From the NCBI GenBank assembly GCA_963666315.2, contig CAXXHG010000043.1, positions 352,001-416,000 on the forward strand: a stretch of 64,000 bases of DNA. The letters run 5' to 3'. Under the pieces are notes generated by a model. It saw nothing but the letters and a program-made list of their open reading frames with translations. It was not told the origin of the DNA and made no database searches. The stretch comes from Candidatus Binatia bacterium (lineage in GTDB: Bacteria > Desulfobacterota > Binatia > Bin18). The translations under genes were made by a program, and so were the position numbers. Below are positions 60,336-64,000 of this stretch, in pieces. The stretch's first letter is position 1. Each line of letters begins with the position of its first letter.

Positions 60336-63300
60336 CCTCATCAGAGTCCCAAGCGTCTCATGATGAAACGACCCAGCGCGCTATTTTGTCCGATTTTCAG
60401 ACAACGTTCTTGCTTGAGGCGGGTGCGGGGACGGGCAAAACGCAGATGTTGTTGCAGCGCTTGCTCGCACTGCTACGGACCAGGCGTAGCTCCCTCGATC
60501 GGATTGCCATTATCACCTTTACGGACAAAGCGGCGACGGAGCTCCGGACGCGCCTACGGGCGGCAATTGAGTCAGCACTGGAGCGTCCTCTTGCTGAGGC
60601 GGAGCGGGACGCGTTGCAGACCGCGCTGCGCCAGCTTGATCGTGCCGTTGTGATGACCGTGCACGCTTTCTGTGCAGCGCTCTTGCGCGAACGGGCCCTT
60701 GAAGTCCGGCTCGATACGCATTTTGTGGTCCTTGACCAGGCGCGCGCAAGCGCGTTGCAGGACGAAGTTTGGAACGCATGGCTGGCCACAGAGTTCAATC
60801 CAGACTCGCACAACTCCCCGCTCTTACGCCAAGCCTTCCGCGCCGGCCTGACAATTTCCCATCTGGCGTCTTTACGGGATTTTCTGAGCGAAAATCGCGA
60901 CTGCCTAGTATGGCTGCCTGCGCCTGTTGCCTCTCCTTTCCCAACCTTTTGTCACTCTGTACAAGACGCTGTTGCTCGTCTCGCTGCCCTGCGCGGCTGC
61001 TGTCAGGACACTACGGACAAAGTCTGGGAGCAAATTACACTGCTAATTGATGCTGTTCCGACGGGTTATGAAGAGGAAGCGTGGGAGCGGTTCCTGATAC
61101 ACGGACTCAGACTCCAGCCGCGCAAAGGCAAAAAAGCAAACTGGCAACCTGCCTCCGCCCTCCAAGAAGCGCGCACCCTGCTGACACAGATGAAGGAGTC
61201 TTATCTCCAGGCCCGTTCGGCCTGGTTTCATAATCTCACGGTCGGACTCGCACATTGGATGGAAGGCTATCTTCAAGCCTATCGGGAAAAAAAGCAGCAG
61301 CACTGCAGCCTGGATTTTCTCGACCTGCTTGTCATCCTGCGTGACGTACTCAAGCAGAATTACGAGCTGCGGAGATATTTTCAACGCAAGTTCGACTTCC
61401 TCTTTGTTGACGAGGTTCAGGATACGGATCCTCTGCAAGCGGAAATCGTGTTTTTCCTTGCGGAAGACCAGCCACAAGCGGAGCACTGGACGCAGGTGAC
61501 GTTGCGTCCAGGGAAACTCTTCCTTGTCGGTGATCCGCAGCAGTCGATTTATCGCTTCCGTCGCGCTGATATCGACGTCTACCGAGTGGTCCGCTCGATT
61601 ATTGAGCGACAAGGATCCGTCCTATCGCTTTCGACGAATTTTCGGATGCGTGCTGCCCTTGTGGACTGGGTGAATGAGACGTTTGCGCGGATTCTGCGAG
61701 ATCCGCGGGACCTGCAAGATCCGCACGACGAGGGAGAAGACCAACCCAGCTATCGGCCTCTATTTGCTGCAAATGGGGAGGAAGCCGACAGGAAAGATCC
61801 CACGGTTTTCCTTTTGCAATATCCACACCGCCGGCCAAACGGACAATATAAGTGGGAGACACAGCAGGGCGCCGAAGCCCAGTGTGTTGCGCGATTTGTC
61901 CGTCACATAGTCGAGCAGCAGCCGCTGCTGACACAAACGGGACAGGCTCTTCGGTATGGGGATATTGCCCTGTTGTTCCGGACCAACCGGAGTGTGGAGG
62001 TCTATGCGGCAGCTTTGCGCGCAGCGCAGATTCCATATCGCAGTGTGCCTGCCCAGCAGAAAACGCCGAGTGTGGAGGGCGAAGAGCTTCGAGCCTGTGT
62101 CCGTACGCTGGAACACCCTGCGGATACAACCGCGCTCATAGCAACGCTGCGTTCCTCACTGTTCGGCTTTTCAGATGAGGAGCTAGCCCAGTTTATCTGC
62201 GCCGGCGGAAAATTCGATTATCTGCGTGGAGTCGTCCCCGCGCGTCTCCCTAGTGCAGACCGTTTCCATGCCGCCTTTGCGTTGCTGAGAATACTGCACG
62301 GCCAACAGTGTAGTGTCGGTATCGCTCCGCTTTTATCCGAGATCTATGCGAGAACTCCGGCATTACCTCTGCTGGCCTTGCATCAGGACGGAAAGCAACG
62401 CCGACTAGGCTTGCTCCAATTGGTCGAGGCAGGGTATGAACGCTTGGGTTCAGGCAAAAGCTCTCTAGCCGACCTGGAACGCTTGCTCGCGTATTCCTCA
62501 CGAGAGCAAGAACCCGGAGAGGAGCCGACCTCCCAAGATCGGCAAGACGGGCTCCACTTGCTGACGATCCATAAGGCCAAAGGGCTCGAGTTTCCGTTGG
62601 TGATTTTGGCGGAGCCGGAATCACAACAGAACCGGCTGTCCCGAACCGGCTTTGTCAGGCGCAAAAACACTCGCCTCGATCTGCAAATTGGTCCGCGTAG
62701 CCTAACCTGTACAACGCAAGGATGGCAGGTGGCTGAAGTCCAAGAACGCAGACGAGAGGCGGCTGAGGAGCGGCGCTTGTGGTATGTCGCGGCCACGCGT
62801 GCGCGGGAGTATGTGGGGATTCCTTTACAGGCAGCAATACGGGCAGGGACACCGAATAAAAAGGGTGAACGTGCTATTCTCGCAAAAGAGGCGCAGCGTT
62901 CATCCCACACTGTGATTGTTGACCTCAGCGATCAAGACATAGTGGCTGCTTCTGCTGCATATGCGTCCGTTGACGGGCCATCCGTTGACGAGTCTGGACG
63001 TCCGTCTTCTACTTTCCTATCCATTTTGGGGGCGGATAAACCGGCCCAGCCAGTACCGACACAGCCAGCATTTGATGTGCCGTACTCGGATCTGGCTTGG
63101 TTGACTGAACGACGCCGGCTGCTGGCGAAAGGGCGTCGGAAGGGTCACCCGCAAAGGAAAAAGATGATTCGTACGGAAATCTCTCCTTGGCAACCGACAG
63201 CCGTTGATCATGTGGTGCAACAGATGGCAGCGCGAGTCGGAAAGGATGGATTGTCCGGAGTGGAAGGGGATGGGTTTACTCAGAAACCGACCCATGCCAG

Positions 63301-63670
63301 CGGGTTATGGGAACGCGTCGCGTCTGCTCCCATATGGGCGCGAGTCCGAGCTGCTCGGAGATGTGTGACGAATGAGGTCTTTGCCCTCCGCTCGGGCGAG
63401 ATCGCACTCGAAGGTATGATTCCGCTTGCCTGGCTCGAAGACGAGAAATGGATCGTGGTATATTTTCATGAAGGTGAAATGCTCACCGCTGGCACAGGAC
63501 AGGCACGTGTGTGCGAAAAGCTTGGCCCCAGTGCATGGGCTCTGGAACAATTGACCCCGTTCCCGGTGCGCGAACTGATATTTTTTTTCATCAATCAACA
63601 GCCAGAGATTCGCATTGCTTGGAATACAGAGACGCGGACGTCTCTCCAGGGTCAGCTCTTTCGGGTGTGA
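60332..63670 (+). CDS. AddA-like UvrD-family helicase
   Basis: AGAGTGKT, ITFT.KAA.ELR.R, VDEVQD, VGDPQQSIYRFR, TIHKAKGLEF, YVAATRAR; ATGA overlap with the addB-like gene. Confidence 0.88.
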   Translation: MTSSESQASHDETTQRAILSDFQTTFLLEAGAGTGKTQMLLQRLLALLRTRRSSLDRIAIITFTDKAATELRTRLRAAIESALERPLAEAERDALQTALRQLDRAVVMTVHAFCAALLRERALEVRLDTHFVVLDQARASALQDEVWNAWLATEFNPDSHNSPLLRQAFRAGLTISHLASLRDFLSENRDCLVWLPAPVASPFPTFCHSVQDAVARLAALRGCCQDTTDKVWEQITLLIDAVPTGYEEEAWERFLIHGLRLQPRKGKKANWQPASALQEARTLLTQMKESYLQARSAWFHNLTVGLAHWMEGYLQAYREKKQQHCSLDFLDLLVILRDVLKQNYELRRYFQRKFDFLFVDEVQDTDPLQAEIVFFLAEDQPQAEHWTQVTLRPGKLFLVGDPQQSIYRFRRADIDVYRVVRSIIERQGSVLSLSTNFRMRAALVDWVNETFARILRDPRDLQDPHDEGEDQPSYRPLFAANGEEADRKDPTVFLLQYPHRRPNGQYKWETQQGAEAQCVARFVRHIVEQQPLLTQTGQALRYGDIALLFRTNRSVEVYAAALRAAQIPYRSVPAQQKTPSVEGEELRACVRTLEHPADTTALIATLRSSLFGFSDEELAQFICAGGKFDYLRGVVPARLPSADRFHAAFALLRILHGQQCSVGIAPLLSEIYARTPALPLLALHQDGKQRRLGLLQLVEAGYERLGSGKSSLADLERLLAYSSREQEPGEEPTSQDRQDGLHLLTIHKAKGLEFPLVILAEPESQQNRLSRTGFVRRKNTRLDLQIGPRSLTCTTQGWQVAEVQERRREAAEERRLWYVAATRAREYVGIPLQAAIRAGTPNKKGERAILAKEAQRSSHTVIVDLSDQDIVAASAAYASVDGPSVDESGRPSSTFLSILGADKPAQPVPTQPAFDVPYSDLAWLTERRRLLAKGRRKGHPQRKKMIRTEISPWQPTAVDHVVQQMAARVGKDGLSGVEGDGFTQKPTHASGLWERVASAPIWARVRAARRCVTNEVFALRSGEIALEGMIPLAWLEDEKWIVVYFHEGEMLTAGTGQARVCEKLGPSAWALEQLTPFPVRELIFFFINQQPEIRIAWNTETRTSLQGQLFRV

Positions 63671-63686
63671 CAACGCTGAGGGAAGG

Positions 63687-64000
63687 ATGAAAACTGTGCC
63701 TGCTGACGGGCCGCTTGTCGAGAAAGACTTTTATCTCAAGGAATTCGGGGACAAAAGTCTGCTTTTTGTGCTGCGCGTGGCTGATCTGGTCTCTCTCGAG
63801 GATCGCCGCAGCGTTGGAGATGTCCTCAGTACACTGGTTCGCAATGAAACGCGAACACTCCTTTTACTTGAAACGGATGGAACAGCGGAGCAGCAGCGAT
63901 GTATTGAAACCTTGTACCAGCAGTGCGCTCAAACGCTGAAGTCTACGCTTCCGACTCCCACCGTCTTGTCGCCTGAAGCTGACGACGATCAGCTGCTTAT
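63687..64000 (+). CDS. Partial CDS, possibly ArgA-like amino-acid acetyltransferase N-terminus
   Basis: MKTVPADGPLVEKDFYLKEFGDKSLLFVL..., open to the window end; RBS GAGGGAAGG. Confidence 0.45.
   Translation, partial: MKTVPADGPLVEKDFYLKEFGDKSLLFVLRVADLVSLEDRRSVGDVLSTLVRNETRTLLLLETDGTAEQQRCIETLYQQCAQTLKSTLPTPTVLSPEADDDQLL

Overview
Bacterial chromosomal window of moderately high GC. The gene set resembles Deltaproteobacteria-like/Binatia genomes (inference only). The backbone carries hydrolases, an HTTM protein, a 2-aminophenol dioxygenase cluster (amnC-B-A), an acyl-CoA carboxyltransferase, CobW, an ECF sigma/anti-sigma operon, sigma54 two-component systems, a UDP-sugar dehydrogenase, gspHIJK, a thiolase, glmUS, selA/selC, an MFS transporter and an AddAB-like pair. 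Many genes are decayed by frameshifts, nonsense codons or internal deletions. Main observations: (1) Two tyrosine-integrase elements sit at the 5' side of tRNA genes. The tRNA-Arg(CCT) element has a 43-bp duplication of the tRNA 5' half; the second abuts tRNA-Sec; both share an IHF-like/ATTTCATTA arm motif. (2) A UxxC peroxiredoxin-like selenoprotein, split by the ORF track, lies inside the Arg island. (3) Three multi-hairpin intergenic elements have C-rich anti-Shine-Dalgarno-like loops, and one has its own promoter and terminator. (4) One protein fuses a ferredoxin, a membrane anchor and an HSP20-like domain. (5) The AddA-like helicase has a degenerate nuclease motif and uvrC is truncated. 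No CRISPR array or rRNA was seen. All family assignments are from motif recognition, not database searches.
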